DNA of 35,885 nucleotides from Gammaproteobacteria bacterium (GTDB taxonomy: Bacteria; Pseudomonadota; Gammaproteobacteria; GCA-001735895). The notes beneath the pieces were generated by a model. The model had not been told where the DNA came from and did not search any database. It worked only from the letters and a program-made list of their open reading frames with translations. The translations under genes were made by a program, and so were the position numbers. Shown piece by piece: positions 17,943 through 28,876 of this stretch. How positions within the stretch are numbered: the stretch's first letter is position 1; each line of letters starts with the position of its first letter. The stretch covers positions 1 to 35,885 of the forward strand of contig JBNKUM010000035.1 in NCBI GenBank assembly GCA_050298595.1, read 5' to 3'.

Positions 17943-18443
17943 TCAAATGCTTTCTGGTAAGCGATTGATTCGCATTGGAGGGGCATGCTTGATCATGTAA
18001 TCGACACTACCGAGGCCCGCGATATAGAGGTCTCCACTAATCTCGCGTAAGGGTTGCAAAACAAATAAACGGTTTTGCATTTCTGCATGCGGTATGGTCA
18101 GGTGCGTATCATTCATGTGTAACTCACCATATAAAAGGATATCCAGATCCATGGTGCGTGGTGCCCATTTCAATCCTGCAGAACGCTGGCGATAAAAAGC
18201 CTGCTCAATCGCCTGTAGTTCCAGCAGTAACTCGGTGGGTTTAAGTGTGGTTTTCAGGCAGGCCACGGCATTGATGTAATCTTCCTGCTCGATATCGCTG
18301 ATGGCTTCGGTTTGATACAGCGAGGAATGTTGTAGTAACTGGCTATCACGAACCTGATCCAGATAAGAAAAGGCATCAATTACCTGCTGCCTGGGATCAG
18401 CCAGATTGCTGCCGATACCGATATAAGCTTTAACTGCTTGCAT
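17943..18443 (-). CDS. folK: 2-amino-4-hydroxy-6-hydroxymethyldihydropteridine diphosphokinase
   Basis: YIGIGSNL, WAPRTMDLDILL, LTIPH, RLFVLQPL. Confidence 0.96.
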   Translation of the reverse strand: MQAVKAYIGIGSNLADPRQQVIDAFSYLDQVRDSQLLQHSSLYQTEAISDIEQEDYINAVACLKTTLKPTELLLELQAIEQAFYRQRSAGLKWAPRTMDLDILLYGELHMNDTHLTIPHAEMQNRLFVLQPLREISGDLYIAGLGSVDYMIKHAPPMRINRLPESI

Positions 18444-19743
18444 TTGTCGTGTTGCGAGGTTTTCTTCTTCGTCTTGGGCGATGGCCAGGTTTACGCCTGG
18501 GCCCTGCTGGCTGAATTTCTGCTGCCGGTTGTTGGGTCTGAAAATCGGTCCACCATTGACATAGCTGATGAGTGGTCAGGCCTACCATGGACTGGATACA
18601 GAAAAAATCGTAGGCCGCACGAAAATTTGGATGATTGAATAATCGCTGTGGCTGTTTGCCACGGATATTGCTAAAGCGTGGTTGCATGGTCCAGATGTTT
18701 TTAGCGATTTGACTGAATCTTCTGGGGACTGCAATGGTTTGTACCTGCACCGCAAAGACTTCACTGGAGGCACTCTGCAGTGCGAGTGAGGTGGCCACTT
18801 TTTCAGATTGAATCTGGATTGCTCGCTGCTGCACAAGAGGCCAAAGCAGGCTGGCAAAGATAAATGCCGGAGATACCGGTTTTTCTTCCTGTATTCGAGT
18901 GTCGGTGTTCACCAGCGCCTGCTCAATAAAATCCAGCATCGCTTCGGTGGGGTCAGATTTAAGGTATTCATCCAGCGCCGGGAACAGGAATTGAAATAAC
19001 TCGAATTCACGTAACATCTGGTAGGCCTTGAGTGCATGGCCTGAGTGGAATATCTTGAGTATTTCATCGTAAAGACGTGCTGAAGGGATGTCCTTGAGTA
19101 AATACCCCTGCTCATAAATGGCTTCTGCAGCCTGGGTTTCGATAGTGAATCCGAGTTTGGCGGCAAAGCGAATGGCTCTTAGCATACGCACAGGGTCTTC
19201 GGCATAACGTGTTGCAGGGTCACCAATCAGTTTAAGGCTTTTTTGCTGGATATCAGCAAGACCATTGGCATAATCGAGTATTGAAAAGTCGTGGATATCG
19301 TAATACAGCGCGTTGACGGTAAAGTCTCGACGTAGAGCATCTTCTTCAATATCACCAAAAGTATTATCACGTACGATGCGCCCATCATCGTTGAGTTCAG
19401 TTTTATCGGAGTCGGGTGCATGCGCCCGAAAGGTGGCAACTTCGATGACCTCGCGGCCAAAATGTATATGCGCGAGTCTGAATCGACGCCCGATCAGTCG
19501 ACAGTTTCTAAATAGCCCGCGCACCTGGTCCGGTGTCGCATCGGTAGCGATATCGAAGTCTTTGGGCTGTTTGCCAAGTAAAACATCTCTGACCCCACCA
19601 CCAACCAGACAGGCCCTGTAGCCTGCTTCATCAAGTCGGTATAATACCTTAAGCGCCGCATTCGAAATCTGGCGGCGGGAAATACTATGTTCAGGTCTGG
19701 GTACGATGTTTAACTGTGTGTTTGGGTGCTTACCTTCAGTCAC
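18430..19743 (-). CDS. pcnB: poly(A) polymerase I
   Basis: LVGGGVRD, PKDFDIAT, LIGRRFRLAH, RRDFTVNALYY, EDPVRMLRA; Arg-rich tail. Confidence 0.97.
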   Translation of the reverse strand: MTEGKHPNTQLNIVPRPEHSISRRQISNAALKVLYRLDEAGYRACLVGGGVRDVLLGKQPKDFDIATDATPDQVRGLFRNCRLIGRRFRLAHIHFGREVIEVATFRAHAPDSDKTELNDDGRIVRDNTFGDIEEDALRRDFTVNALYYDIHDFSILDYANGLADIQQKSLKLIGDPATRYAEDPVRMLRAIRFAAKLGFTIETQAAEAIYEQGYLLKDIPSARLYDEILKIFHSGHALKAYQMLREFELFQFLFPALDEYLKSDPTEAMLDFIEQALVNTDTRIQEEKPVSPAFIFASLLWPLVQQRAIQIQSEKVATSLALQSASSEVFAVQVQTIAVPRRFSQIAKNIWTMQPRFSNIRGKQPQRLFNHPNFRAAYDFFCIQSMVGLTTHQLCQWWTDFQTQQPAAEIQPAGPRRKPGHRPRRRRKPRNTTNASS

Positions 19744-19875
19744 AAAAGTTATTTGAAATCATAATTGTTGGCATCATAGCATTTAAGCGCGATGAAAAAA
19801 CCTATTAGGGCCTGTTAACACTAATTTAATTATCACTGCTGGAGACCATTTTCCCTCCAGCGGCTTTAGATCACT

Positions 19876-21756
19876 TTAGTCGTCGCTTTCCAGTTCTTCC
19901 CAGCGTTGATATAACTGCTCCAGTTCCTGTTCCAGAGTGCTTAGCTGCTGGGTTGTTTGAGAAATTTTATCGGCAGCCTGCTGATAAAATCCGGGATCAG
20001 CCATATCGTTTTGCAGTTGCGAGACCTGTTGCTCGAGTTTCTCAATTTTTCTCGGCAGGGTTTTGAGCTCTTTCTGTTCATTAAAGCCGAGTTTTTTGCG
20101 CGCTTTCTGGGGTTTTGCTGGCGTTGGTTTGCTGCTGCTGGCAGCAACGGGTGCAGCAACATCGGGTAGCTTGCGTTGACGAAGCCAGTCCTGATAACCA
20201 CCTACATATTGGTTGACCTGGGCGTTACCTTCAAACACGAAACAATAGTCCACTACATGATCGATAAAACTACGATCATGGCTGACCAGTAGCAGGGTGC
20301 CTTTGAAGTCTGTTAACAGCTCTTCCAGTAACTCCAGCGTGTCTATATCCAGATCGTTGGTCGGTTCATCCATAATCAGGAAATTAAATGGGCGCGTAAA
20401 CAGCTTGGCCAGCATCAGGCGGTTGCGCTCGCCACCTGAGAGTATGCTGGCAGGTGCATTGGCGGTTTTGGCGCTGAACAGAAACTCTTTCAGGTAACCG
20501 ATAACGTGTTTACTGGTACCATTAACTTCAATCTTGTCAGTGCCATCGGCGATATTGTCACGCACCGATTTCTGTAGATCCAGTGCGTCCCGGTGCTGGT
20601 CAAAATAGGCAACTTCCAGCTTGGTGCCGGTTTTGATATGACCGCTTTGTGGCTGGATTTCGCTCAATAGCAATTGAATCAAGGTCGATTTACCACAGCC
20701 ATTGGGTCCGATAATACCAATCTTGTCACCACGCATGATGGTACAGGAGAAATTATTGACTATCGGCTGTTGCTCCCATTTAAAGCTTACACCTTCCGCT
20801 TCTATGACTATCTTGCCCGAGATCTCGGCCTGATTGGCAGATAGCTTTGCAGCACCCAGCTGTTCGCGCCTTTGACTGCGTTCATTGCGCATCTTTTCCA
20901 GTGCTCGCACACGGCCTTCGTTACGGGTTCTACGTGCCTTAATGCCCTGACGGATCCACGCTTCTTCCTGCGCCAGCTTTTTGTCGAACAGGGCATTGGC
21001 GGTTTGCTCGGCATCCAGCATCTGTTGTTTGGCCGTCAGGTATTTCTCATAACTGCCGGGCCAGCTGGTTAACTGTCCTCGATCCAGGTCGATAATGCGG
21101 GTGGCTAGACTTTGCAGAAAAGAGCGGTCATGCGTGATGAACAGGATCGCACCATTGAATGATTTGAGGAATTCTTCCAGCCACAGGATGGACTCGATAT
21201 CCAGGTGGTTGGTGGGCTCATCCAGCAACAATAAATCAGGTTTTGAAACCAGTGCCTGTGCCAGCAGGGTACGCCGCTTGAGTCCACCAGATAGAGAATC
21301 AAAGGCTTCTTCTGCGGGCAAAGATAGCAGTGAAATGGTGGCACTGATAGTTTGCTCCAGATTCCAGCCGTTGTGTGCTTCGATTTGCTGTTGCAATACA
21401 TCCATTTGTTTCAGGGCATTTGGGTTATCTGCCACCGACATGGCGGCGTGATGCCAGTCCTTGATGATCTTGCCCATTTCACCGACACCCTCGGCCACGA
21501 CATCGTACACCGTACCTTCAATAGAGGCGGGCACATCCTGACGTAATTCGGTGACTCGGGTGTCACGGCTATAAATAACTTCGCCTTCATCTGGCTTGAT
21601 CTTTTTACCTAACAGCTTTAACAGGGTGGATTTTCCCTCGCCATTACGACCCACCAGACAGATACGTTCGCCCTTATCGATGCTCAGGTTTGCATGGTCG
21701 AGTACCGGTGCTTCGCCGAAACTATGGTAAAGGTCTTTGATGGTGATCAGGGGCAT
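19876..21756 (-). CDS. uup: ABC-F family ATPase Uup
   Basis: Two ABC cassettes, EEAWIRQGIKARRTRNEGRVRAL linker, C-terminal coiled coil. Confidence 0.95.
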   Translation of the reverse strand: MPLITIKDLYHSFGEAPVLDHANLSIDKGERICLVGRNGEGKSTLLKLLGKKIKPDEGEVIYSRDTRVTELRQDVPASIEGTVYDVVAEGVGEMGKIIKDWHHAAMSVADNPNALKQMDVLQQQIEAHNGWNLEQTISATISLLSLPAEEAFDSLSGGLKRRTLLAQALVSKPDLLLLDEPTNHLDIESILWLEEFLKSFNGAILFITHDRSFLQSLATRIIDLDRGQLTSWPGSYEKYLTAKQQMLDAEQTANALFDKKLAQEEAWIRQGIKARRTRNEGRVRALEKMRNERSQRREQLGAAKLSANQAEISGKIVIEAEGVSFKWEQQPIVNNFSCTIMRGDKIGIIGPNGCGKSTLIQLLLSEIQPQSGHIKTGTKLEVAYFDQHRDALDLQKSVRDNIADGTDKIEVNGTSKHVIGYLKEFLFSAKTANAPASILSGGERNRLMLAKLFTRPFNFLIMDEPTNDLDIDTLELLEELLTDFKGTLLLVSHDRSFIDHVVDYCFVFEGNAQVNQYVGGYQDWLRQRKLPDVAAPVAASSSKPTPAKPQKARKKLGFNEQKELKTLPRKIEKLEQQVSQLQNDMADPGFYQQAADKISQTTQQLSTLEQELEQLYQRWEELESDD

Positions 21757-21873
21757 GGGTGGATGTCGATAATTTTGAAGCGCGCATTATAGATGAATTT
21801 TACGCTGTGGTGTTTTTGTTTAATGTAGCTTGATGCAGGATAAGGCTAAAAGCTGACTCAGCAGGATTCTGAT

Positions 21874-23715
21874 TCAACGAAACGTTTTTATAAACTGTTG
21901 AATCGGCATGGGACGATGAAACAGGTACCCCTGAAACTCCCGGCAGCCTCGGTTTTTTAACAGCTCAAATTCTGCGCTGGTCTCAACACCTTCGGCAATG
22001 ACCTTTAGATTAAAATGGTTAGCCATCGAGAGGATGATTTCAACAATAGCGGCATCATTCGGGCTGCTATCAACGTTGTGAATAAATGTACGGTCAATCT
22101 TGATGCGGTCTACAGGCAATTGCTTGAGATAAGCCAGTGACGAATAGCCAGTGCCAAAATCGTCGATGGAAAACCTTACACCGATCTCTCTTAACCTCAT
22201 CATCTTTGTGATCGTTGTCTCTACATCTCCAAGCAGCGTGCTTTCGGTGATTTCGAGTTCCAGGCTGGTCGGAGAGACCCCGCTGTGCTCCAGTATAGAT
22301 ATGACTCTTGATACGAAGTCTGCCTGGTGGAAATGTTTGGCGCTAAGGTTGACGGCGATAAGCGGGTTGTCGCAGATGACCTTTTCCTTTTTTAGTAACT
22401 TGATCATTTCACAGGCTTTTATTAATACCCAGTCACTCAGGGTCACAATAAAGCCCGATTCTTCAGCCATAGGTATGAATGCCGCAGGAGAAATCAGGCC
22501 TTTTTCAGGATGTTGCCATCGAATTAAGGTTTCCGCTCCAATACAATCACCGTTGGCGTCTACCTGAGGTTGAAGATAGAGTTCAAATTGATCCTTATTG
22601 AGAGCATCGCGCATCTCTGTATCCAGGTTTAATCGCTGCTCTATTTCAGCGGTCATAGATTCTTCATAAAAGTGCACGGTGTTTCGACCCAGCTGCTTTG
22701 CTTTTTGTAAAGCAGAGCTGCCCATGCTCATAATTGTGTCGGGGCTACCACTCTGCGCATTAAAAACCACAATGCCGATACTGGCTGCAACCGATATATA
22801 GCGTTCATTAATTCGGTTTGGACTTTCAATTTCCATTAACGCTTTACGAGCAAGATCGATAGCTAACTGTTTTCCTGATTCATCAGTTTCCACAATATTT
22901 GAATACAATATGCCGAACTCATCGCCTCCCACCCTGGCAATGCTTCTGTATGTGCTTTGTTGAACCGATAGTCGGCTGGCTATTTTTTTAAGTACGCTGT
23001 CTCCAAAAAAGTATCCTAGTGAATCATTGATATCCCTGAAATTATCCAGGCCAATATATAGCAACAGGCTAAACGGTTTTTCAGCATTATCTGTTTTATT
23101 AGCCCTGTCTATTTTAAGTTGTAAATGTCTTCGATTGGGTAAGCTGGTCAGGTCATCATGGTAGGCTAAATACTCAATCCGTTTCTCGGCGATTGATCTT
23201 CTTTGCATTTCCACCACAATACGCTCATGCTCCATAGCTGCCTGGCATCCTTTATCCAGACGTTCAAATACGGGAACCAGTGCATAGATCAGTTCTTCGG
23301 GTAAGGGGGCGACGGCTCGTTCAAGAATCAATACCCCTGAATGTTCCAGTGGATAGGTATGATAGTAAAGCTCATTATCTTTAAAGAATTGTGTTCTAGT
23401 GTGGGGAACGGGGTCCTGAAAATATGCAGTCAGCCACTCACCCAGGCCCTGTGTTTGCAGCAGATTCTTTGCATTACCTGATGGCATGAAAAAATAAAAC
23501 GACTTTTCCGGGCCCTGGTGAGATTCAACAGGAATGATGTCTTCATCATTATAATGTCTGAAATAATAAATGCGGCGAATAGAAAGTCGACGTAAACAGA
23601 CTTTCATGAAGTGACGAAGCAAGGGGATCAACTGTGGATTCAGGCCTATATTCATCGCCAGTTCATGCTGAATCGACATCAGGCTCAAGGTATCCATCTG
23701 ACGGCCTGTAGTCAT
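21874..23715 (-). CDS. GGDEF-EAL diguanylate cyclase/phosphodiesterase
   Basis: AYHDDLTSLPNR, ARVGGDEF, ETLIRW, DDFGTGYSSL, AEGVET. Confidence 0.95.
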   Translation of the reverse strand: MTTGRQMDTLSLMSIQHELAMNIGLNPQLIPLLRHFMKVCLRRLSIRRIYYFRHYNDEDIIPVESHQGPEKSFYFFMPSGNAKNLLQTQGLGEWLTAYFQDPVPHTRTQFFKDNELYYHTYPLEHSGVLILERAVAPLPEELIYALVPVFERLDKGCQAAMEHERIVVEMQRRSIAEKRIEYLAYHDDLTSLPNRRHLQLKIDRANKTDNAEKPFSLLLYIGLDNFRDINDSLGYFFGDSVLKKIASRLSVQQSTYRSIARVGGDEFGILYSNIVETDESGKQLAIDLARKALMEIESPNRINERYISVAASIGIVVFNAQSGSPDTIMSMGSSALQKAKQLGRNTVHFYEESMTAEIEQRLNLDTEMRDALNKDQFELYLQPQVDANGDCIGAETLIRWQHPEKGLISPAAFIPMAEESGFIVTLSDWVLIKACEMIKLLKKEKVICDNPLIAVNLSAKHFHQADFVSRVISILEHSGVSPTSLELEITESTLLGDVETTITKMMRLREIGVRFSIDDFGTGYSSLAYLKQLPVDRIKIDRTFIHNVDSSPNDAAIVEIILSMANHFNLKVIAEGVETSAEFELLKNRGCREFQGYLFHRPMPIQQFIKTFR

Positions 23716-24860
23716 TTACTGAGCCCTCCAATCACGGTGGTTTTGTTCAGGAACTGGATGTTGCCCTGTGAGTTATTCGCTATTTCACCAATCGATAATA
23801 CGCCTATGATTTTTGCTTTTTCAGGCAGTTTTTTTCGAATATTTTCAAGTTCCAGATGAAATTGATCAGCAAAGATTAATTTACGCGAAACGCAGTCGAC
23901 GATAAATATGTATCGCTCTTCATCAGTGTCATAGATGGGGGAAAGCTTTTCACACAATTGCGCAGCGGCCTGACCGGCTGCTGAGATTAACTGCTCTTCA
24001 TCGGCATGCAGGACATAAACCATCGCATTGCTTGGGACAGTACCTGCGCATTCAATAGAGGTGCCCTTACAGGAAATTAGATCGCGTACCAGATACTCAC
24101 ACTCCAGTTGTTCCAGGCCAATGGGGTATTGACTTGAGGTATTAAAAAAATTGTCTGATTCAAAAACATTGTTAGAGTGTTGCTCCAGGATGTCTTTATA
24201 AAAGGGTAGAGCAGGCTGAAAATTGATATCATGAATTTGATTGTTTTCAGCTCTGGTTACTAAAAAGGGCCCGGCAACAGCTTCCCAGCCATGGCGATAA
24301 CAGGTGGTAAAAGAGGGTGACTGGAAGATTAAAAGCGCGGCATTGTCCCAACCACCTTCAGCAGTGAAGATATTGGGCCTGGAGGAGAAATCATGGTACC
24401 CGCTGCCGCAGCCGAGAATATTCATATCAGGCCCTACCTGGTCGAACAGGCAGCTTATGAAATCATCCACGCCACTGGATAAACCATCAATAAAGAGTAA
24501 GGCATTGTTGGTGGGTGCTTCCCTGTTTAGCCTGTTCGATAACACATTGCACAAATCATTTTCAGGTTTATTGATTTCGTTAATTAGAAATACCGACCCT
24601 GCTGCTTTCAATCCACAGATAAGAGTAGCCCCTGGGTATAGGTCGGTTTCGTGTATTACTGCGGGTAAAACAACGGCTGCTGAAGGTACAGGCTGGGCTT
24701 TCAATAGCGCAGGTAGAGAATTAAAGTCGATATCACTTTCGCTACCAATCAACAGCAAAAGCGCCTCAGGATCTTTCTGCAGGGCGATAGTAATAGCAGA
24801 TTGTATGCCTTCTAGCGTTCCAGAAGGGGAAAGCTGAATACTGGTGAAATATTGGGTCAT
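23712..24860 (-). CDS. FIST-domain sensory protein (NosP-like)
   Basis: LLFIDGLS, HGW...GPFLVTRAENN, YPIG, DCVSR, GVLSIGEI; 4-bp overlap with the GGDEF-EAL gene. Confidence 0.88.
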   Translation of the reverse strand: MTQYFTSIQLSPSGTLEGIQSAITIALQKDPEALLLLIGSESDIDFNSLPALLKAQPVPSAAVVLPAVIHETDLYPGATLICGLKAAGSVFLINEINKPENDLCNVLSNRLNREAPTNNALLFIDGLSSGVDDFISCLFDQVGPDMNILGCGSGYHDFSSRPNIFTAEGGWDNAALLIFQSPSFTTCYRHGWEAVAGPFLVTRAENNQIHDINFQPALPFYKDILEQHSNNVFESDNFFNTSSQYPIGLEQLECEYLVRDLISCKGTSIECAGTVPSNAMVYVLHADEEQLISAAGQAAAQLCEKLSPIYDTDEERYIFIVDCVSRKLIFADQFHLELENIRKKLPEKAKIIGVLSIGEIANNSQGNIQFLNKTTVIGGLSK

Positions 24861-24949
24861 TGGTGAAATTATAAAATTTCTTTGTCAGAGTATACCTCCC
24901 CATATCGATCTTGCCGGTCTTTTTCCCTCAACTGTAGATGATTGTCAGT

Positions 24950-25972
24950 CTACCAGTCTTCCGGTTTGCCTACATTGATGTTTATGCCCTGAGACAATAA
25001 CTCCTGCTGTCGTTGACGTGACAGATCCAGATAGCTGGTAAACTTCAGGTGGTTATTGTCCAGCGCCATGCGAATGACATTACCAAAATGGAATGGATAG
25101 AGCATAGATTCAACGCGAGATACCTCCTTGCCCTCATCGAATAGCACAATACCGGGACGGTAGCTCATAGCCAGGTCTGCAGCCAGTTTAAGCGGGGTTG
25201 TCGGTTTGCCGTCAAAACCTGTAATTGGCTTATCAGATTTAGCATCCAGCCGGATCAGAGTCAGTCGCTTGAGCAGTTCACGTATTTCAGGGCGTTGCAT
25301 CATCTTTTTATGGAAATGGTCACACTCATTGCAATCATTGTCTTCAAACAATAAGGCGACAGGGCCCTGTAGTGTGCTTAAATCGGTGGCGGATTTGATC
25401 AATGGGTCCTGGATGAATTGATATTGCCCATACTGCATATGTGTGCGTTTGAAGTCGCTGAAACTGCTGTTCAGGTAAGCTTTGCTTTGGACAAAATCCA
25501 GAGCCTGTTTAAACGCTTCAGGAGAACGATAGCCATTCAGTCGCAATACAGTCTGGTTTTTATTATTCAAAAAGATGATAGTTGGGGTGTATTGAATCTT
25601 GAGATAGCTGGACAAAGCCCTTTCGGTAGTGTTGAGGTCTTCTGACATTGCTATCTCACGGTCTCCACGGATATTGATGGCGATACTGTCGAAGTTTTGC
25701 TGAATCTGGCTTTTCAAGGGTTCCTTATTGAAGTTCTCGCTCAACATGCGATTGCAATAAGGGCAAGCATTCAAATGAAAGAATAGCAGTACGTGCTTAT
25801 TACTATCAGCGGCTTCCTCCACATCATCGGCAATTTCGAGAAAAGACTGCTTAAACCAGTCGGGTATTTCGTAGGCAACGCCTCCCGTCACGCGACCGGT
25901 TTCGGCTGCAGATAGCGCCTGAGAGCTGAAAATCAGAAGAAATATGATGAAATGAGAGGTTTTTTTTAACAT
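24950..25972 (-). CDS. periplasmic double thioredoxin-fold protein (SoxW-like)
   Basis: Signal peptide, PDWFKQSFL, CPYC, YTPT cis-Pro loop, second domain CNEC. Confidence 0.8.
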   Translation of the reverse strand: MLKKTSHFIIFLLIFSSQALSAAETGRVTGGVAYEIPDWFKQSFLEIADDVEEAADSNKHVLLFFHLNACPYCNRMLSENFNKEPLKSQIQQNFDSIAINIRGDREIAMSEDLNTTERALSSYLKIQYTPTIIFLNNKNQTVLRLNGYRSPEAFKQALDFVQSKAYLNSSFSDFKRTHMQYGQYQFIQDPLIKSATDLSTLQGPVALLFEDNDCNECDHFHKKMMQRPEIRELLKRLTLIRLDAKSDKPITGFDGKPTTPLKLAADLAMSYRPGIVLFDEGKEVSRVESMLYPFHFGNVIRMALDNNHLKFTSYLDLSRQRQQELLSQGININVGKPEDW

Positions 25973-26040
25973 GTCAGTCTTGAGTTTTTGTTATACGCCA
26001 ATGATGATATAGAAGACTAACAAAAAATAGGCTTTATTCC

Positions 26041-26688
26041 ATGTGTGGACGATTTGCGTTACAGGCGAATGCGGAACAGATAGCAGAATACCTCGCTACT
26101 GAAGTGCCAGAGCTTTATATGCCGAGGTTTAATATAGCACCAACAACACCGGTACTGGCATTAACCGCAAGCGAACTGACCTTTTTTAGCTGGGGTCTGG
26201 TGCCCAGTTGGTCCAAGGATGTCAATATAGGTAGCAGAATGTTTAACGCACGTGCCGAAACGATTAATGAAAAACCATCTTTTAAAAATGCCTATAAACG
26301 TCGACGCTGCCTGATTCCGGCCAGTGGGTTTTATGAATGGAAGGCCGAGCAGGGCGGCAAACAGCCGTATTTTTGTCATCTTGAGCGGCCTATATTCAGT
26401 TTTGGCGCGATCTGGGAGCATTGGTCAGACAGCATGGGTAACGAACTGCAAAGCTGTTCTATTATCACACAGGAATCGGCCGGGGCAATGCGAGAGCTGC
26501 ACGACCGAATGCCGCTGGTGATCCCGGAAAATCTACGCGATTTATGGCTGGATCACAGTGACGAGAGCACCGAAAGAGCCGATTATTGTCTGCATCACTC
26601 AGACTCTGACTTCAGCATGTATGCGGTGAGTAAGAAGGTCAGCTCGGCGCGTAACGATAGTCCGGATCTGGTGCAAAAAATGGAATAA
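26041..26688 (+). CDS. SOS response-associated peptidase (SRAP/YedK, abasic-site protection)
   Basis: MCGRF N-terminus, FNIAPT, WGLVPSW, NARAET, GFYEW, HDRMP. Confidence 0.95.
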   Translation: MCGRFALQANAEQIAEYLATEVPELYMPRFNIAPTTPVLALTASELTFFSWGLVPSWSKDVNIGSRMFNARAETINEKPSFKNAYKRRRCLIPASGFYEWKAEQGGKQPYFCHLERPIFSFGAIWEHWSDSMGNELQSCSIITQESAGAMRELHDRMPLVIPENLRDLWLDHSDESTERADYCLHHSDSDFSMYAVSKKVSSARNDSPDLVQKME

Positions 26689-26837
26689 ACCGTATATTTA
26701 GTGCGACATATATAGACAAATAAAATATTAGCAGAAAAGAAAACCAGGAATTACATAGACCTTTTCGTCTACAATCAACAAAAACAACTATAAGCAGACA
26801 GGCCATAATCAGTGCTGCAATAACATAAGTGGGGAAT

Positions 26838-28439
26838 ATGGTTTTTTTTAAAATCTTTCTCAAGCTGATACTGTTGTTCGGTATTCTGCTTGCAGTTGTA
26901 GGCCTGTATTTCTATGACAAACACTCGCCGGGACCTGAATTAGAGCAGGAGTCCTTTACGGTAAATGATGTTACCGGTCTTAATTCTATCCATGTTGCCA
27001 GCATCGTCCAGCCACTATCCGAGCAGGAAATTGTCGATGCTATCACCAGCAGCAGCGGCCCCATATCTATCGGTGGCGCTCGCTTCAGTATGGGAGGGCA
27101 GAGCGCCTATCCTGACAGCCTTCACTTTGATATGCGCAGTTTTGATCAGGTGGTTGATTTTGATCCCAAGAAACGCCTTGTCACCGTTCAGTCAGGGATA
27201 ACCTGGAGGAAGTTACAGGAATTTATCGACCCGTATGACCTGTCGGTGAAAGTCATGCAGGATTTTAATAACTTTACTGTGGGCGGGTCGTTAAGTGTTA
27301 ATGCACATGGACGCTTTGTAAGAACTGGAGCCATTATCAATTCAGTAAAGTCCTTCAGGATTATACTCGCCAGTGGGAAGGTATACGAAGCCAGCAAGAC
27401 AAATAACAGCTCGCTGTTCTATGGTGCTATCGGTGGTTATGGTGGGTTAGGCGTAATAACCCACGTGACTCTGGAGCTGGAGCAAAATATCCCCATCGAG
27501 CGACAGGTGACTCAAATTGAATTTCATAGCTTTACTGAGCACTTTCGTAAAAATATCCAGTATGACGACAGTATAGTTTTGCATAATGCCATCCTCTATC
27601 CCCCGAGTTATGAATCCGTACTGGATATAAGCTGGCGAAAAACAGATAAACCGCTGACTGAAAAAGCACGCCTTCACGATAAAAAATCGATGTCGATCTG
27701 GAAAAATATAGCGGTTGATATGATGTCTGAATCTAATCTGCTGAAACGATTGCGCAAAAACCTGATAGACCCAATGATCTATAACGATGATGCAGTGGTC
27801 TGGCGCAACTATGAAACCAGTTACGATCTGCACGACTTTGGTTTCATCTCTACCAATGATCAAACACTGGCGCTCAGGGTCTATTTTGTGCCAATAGAAG
27901 AATTTGAAATCTTTGTGCTTAAGATGCGTGACATCTTTATTCGTACCGACGCCAGTATTTTGAATATCTCAATCCGCTATATCCCGCAGGATACAGGCAG
28001 TTTGTTAGCCTGGGCCAAAACCGATGTGTTTTCATTTACCATTATTTATCATCTGGATAAAACCCCGCAGTCGATGGAAAAAACTCGTGACTGGTCATCG
28101 AAATTGATACAGGCAGCGGTTGATTCTGGTGGTAGTTATTACATGCCGTTTCAAATTCACGAAACTACAGAACAGTTTGCCCAGGCCTATCCAGATGCTG
28201 GATATTTTTTCAGATTAAAAGAACAGGCAGATCCAGGCAATCGCTTTAATAATATGTTGTGGCTAGAGCATTACGCAAAAAATACTGCTGCCAAATCCGC
28301 CTACTACGCAGCAAAGAAGGAAGCATTAAAAGCTGATCAAGACAAGCAGTCCGAACCATCTGCTGCCTTAGAGCAAGCGGATCAATCTGAAAACGCACAA
28401 ATCATACAAACCGAAGCAGAGCTTGAAACTCAGCAATAG
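26838..28439 (+). CDS. membrane-anchored FAD-binding oxidoreductase (VAO/PCMH family)
   Basis: GGARFSMGGQ, TVGGSLSVNAHG, GGYGGLGVI, DPGNRFNN; ATG 26838 preferred over GTG 26829. Confidence 0.88.
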   Translation: MVFFKIFLKLILLFGILLAVVGLYFYDKHSPGPELEQESFTVNDVTGLNSIHVASIVQPLSEQEIVDAITSSSGPISIGGARFSMGGQSAYPDSLHFDMRSFDQVVDFDPKKRLVTVQSGITWRKLQEFIDPYDLSVKVMQDFNNFTVGGSLSVNAHGRFVRTGAIINSVKSFRIILASGKVYEASKTNNSSLFYGAIGGYGGLGVITHVTLELEQNIPIERQVTQIEFHSFTEHFRKNIQYDDSIVLHNAILYPPSYESVLDISWRKTDKPLTEKARLHDKKSMSIWKNIAVDMMSESNLLKRLRKNLIDPMIYNDDAVVWRNYETSYDLHDFGFISTNDQTLALRVYFVPIEEFEIFVLKMRDIFIRTDASILNISIRYIPQDTGSLLAWAKTDVFSFTIIYHLDKTPQSMEKTRDWSSKLIQAAVDSGGSYYMPFQIHETTEQFAQAYPDAGYFFRLKEQADPGNRFNNMLWLEHYAKNTAAKSAYYAAKKEALKADQDKQSEPSAALEQADQSENAQIIQTEAELETQQ

Positions 28440-28489
28440 CAGAGTAATATCAGCCCCGATACGGTTAAAGATAAAAAATGGAGTAAACA

Positions 28490-28876
28490 ATGCGCATCTT
28501 ACACACCATGCTACGAGTCGGCGATCAGGATCGCTCGATCAAGTTTTATACCGAAGTTTTAGGTATGAAGCTAATTCGTCAAACAGACTACCCTGAAGGG
28601 AAATTTACCAACACCTTCATCGGCTATGGCGATGAATCCGAACAGGCGACAATAGAATTTACCTATAACTGGGATACCGACAGCTACGACCTCGGCAATG
28701 GCTATGGACATATCGCGCTAGAGGTCGATGATGTGTATGCAGCCACCGAGGAGATCCGCAAACGAGGTGGCAAGATCATACGCGATGCCGGGCCAATGAA
28801 TGCAGGTACCACCATAATCGCTTTCGTCGAAGACCCCGATGGATATCAGATAGAGTTGATTGGCAAAAAGTCCTGA
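28490..28876 (+). CDS. gloA: lactoylglutathione lyase (glyoxalase I)
   Basis: [32 protein letters not shown]. Confidence 0.97.
   Translation: MRILHTMLRVGDQDRSIKFYTEVLGMKLIRQTDYPEGKFTNTFIGYGDESEQATIEFTYNWDTDSYDLGNGYGHIALEVDDVYAATEEIRKRGGKIIRDAGPMNAGTTIIAFVEDPDGYQIELIGKKS

Noticed and set aside
16141-18443. No panD after panC and no deoxynucleoside kinase between folK and panB
   Set aside because: Gene content of this cluster is commonly variable; the genes may lie elsewhere in the genome.
19806-19861. Possible IS/MITE end (TAGGGCCTGTTAACACTAAT) and GCTGGAG/CTCCAGC hairpin between uup and pcnB
   Set aside because: No second end or other copy in the window; the hairpin has no clear U-tract.
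8711-27863. Numerous antisense or out-of-frame ORFs inside the long genes (e.g. 8711..9361, 22151..22567, 24304..24837, 27447..27863)
   Set aside because: Shadow ORFs of well-supported genes, with no independent evidence.
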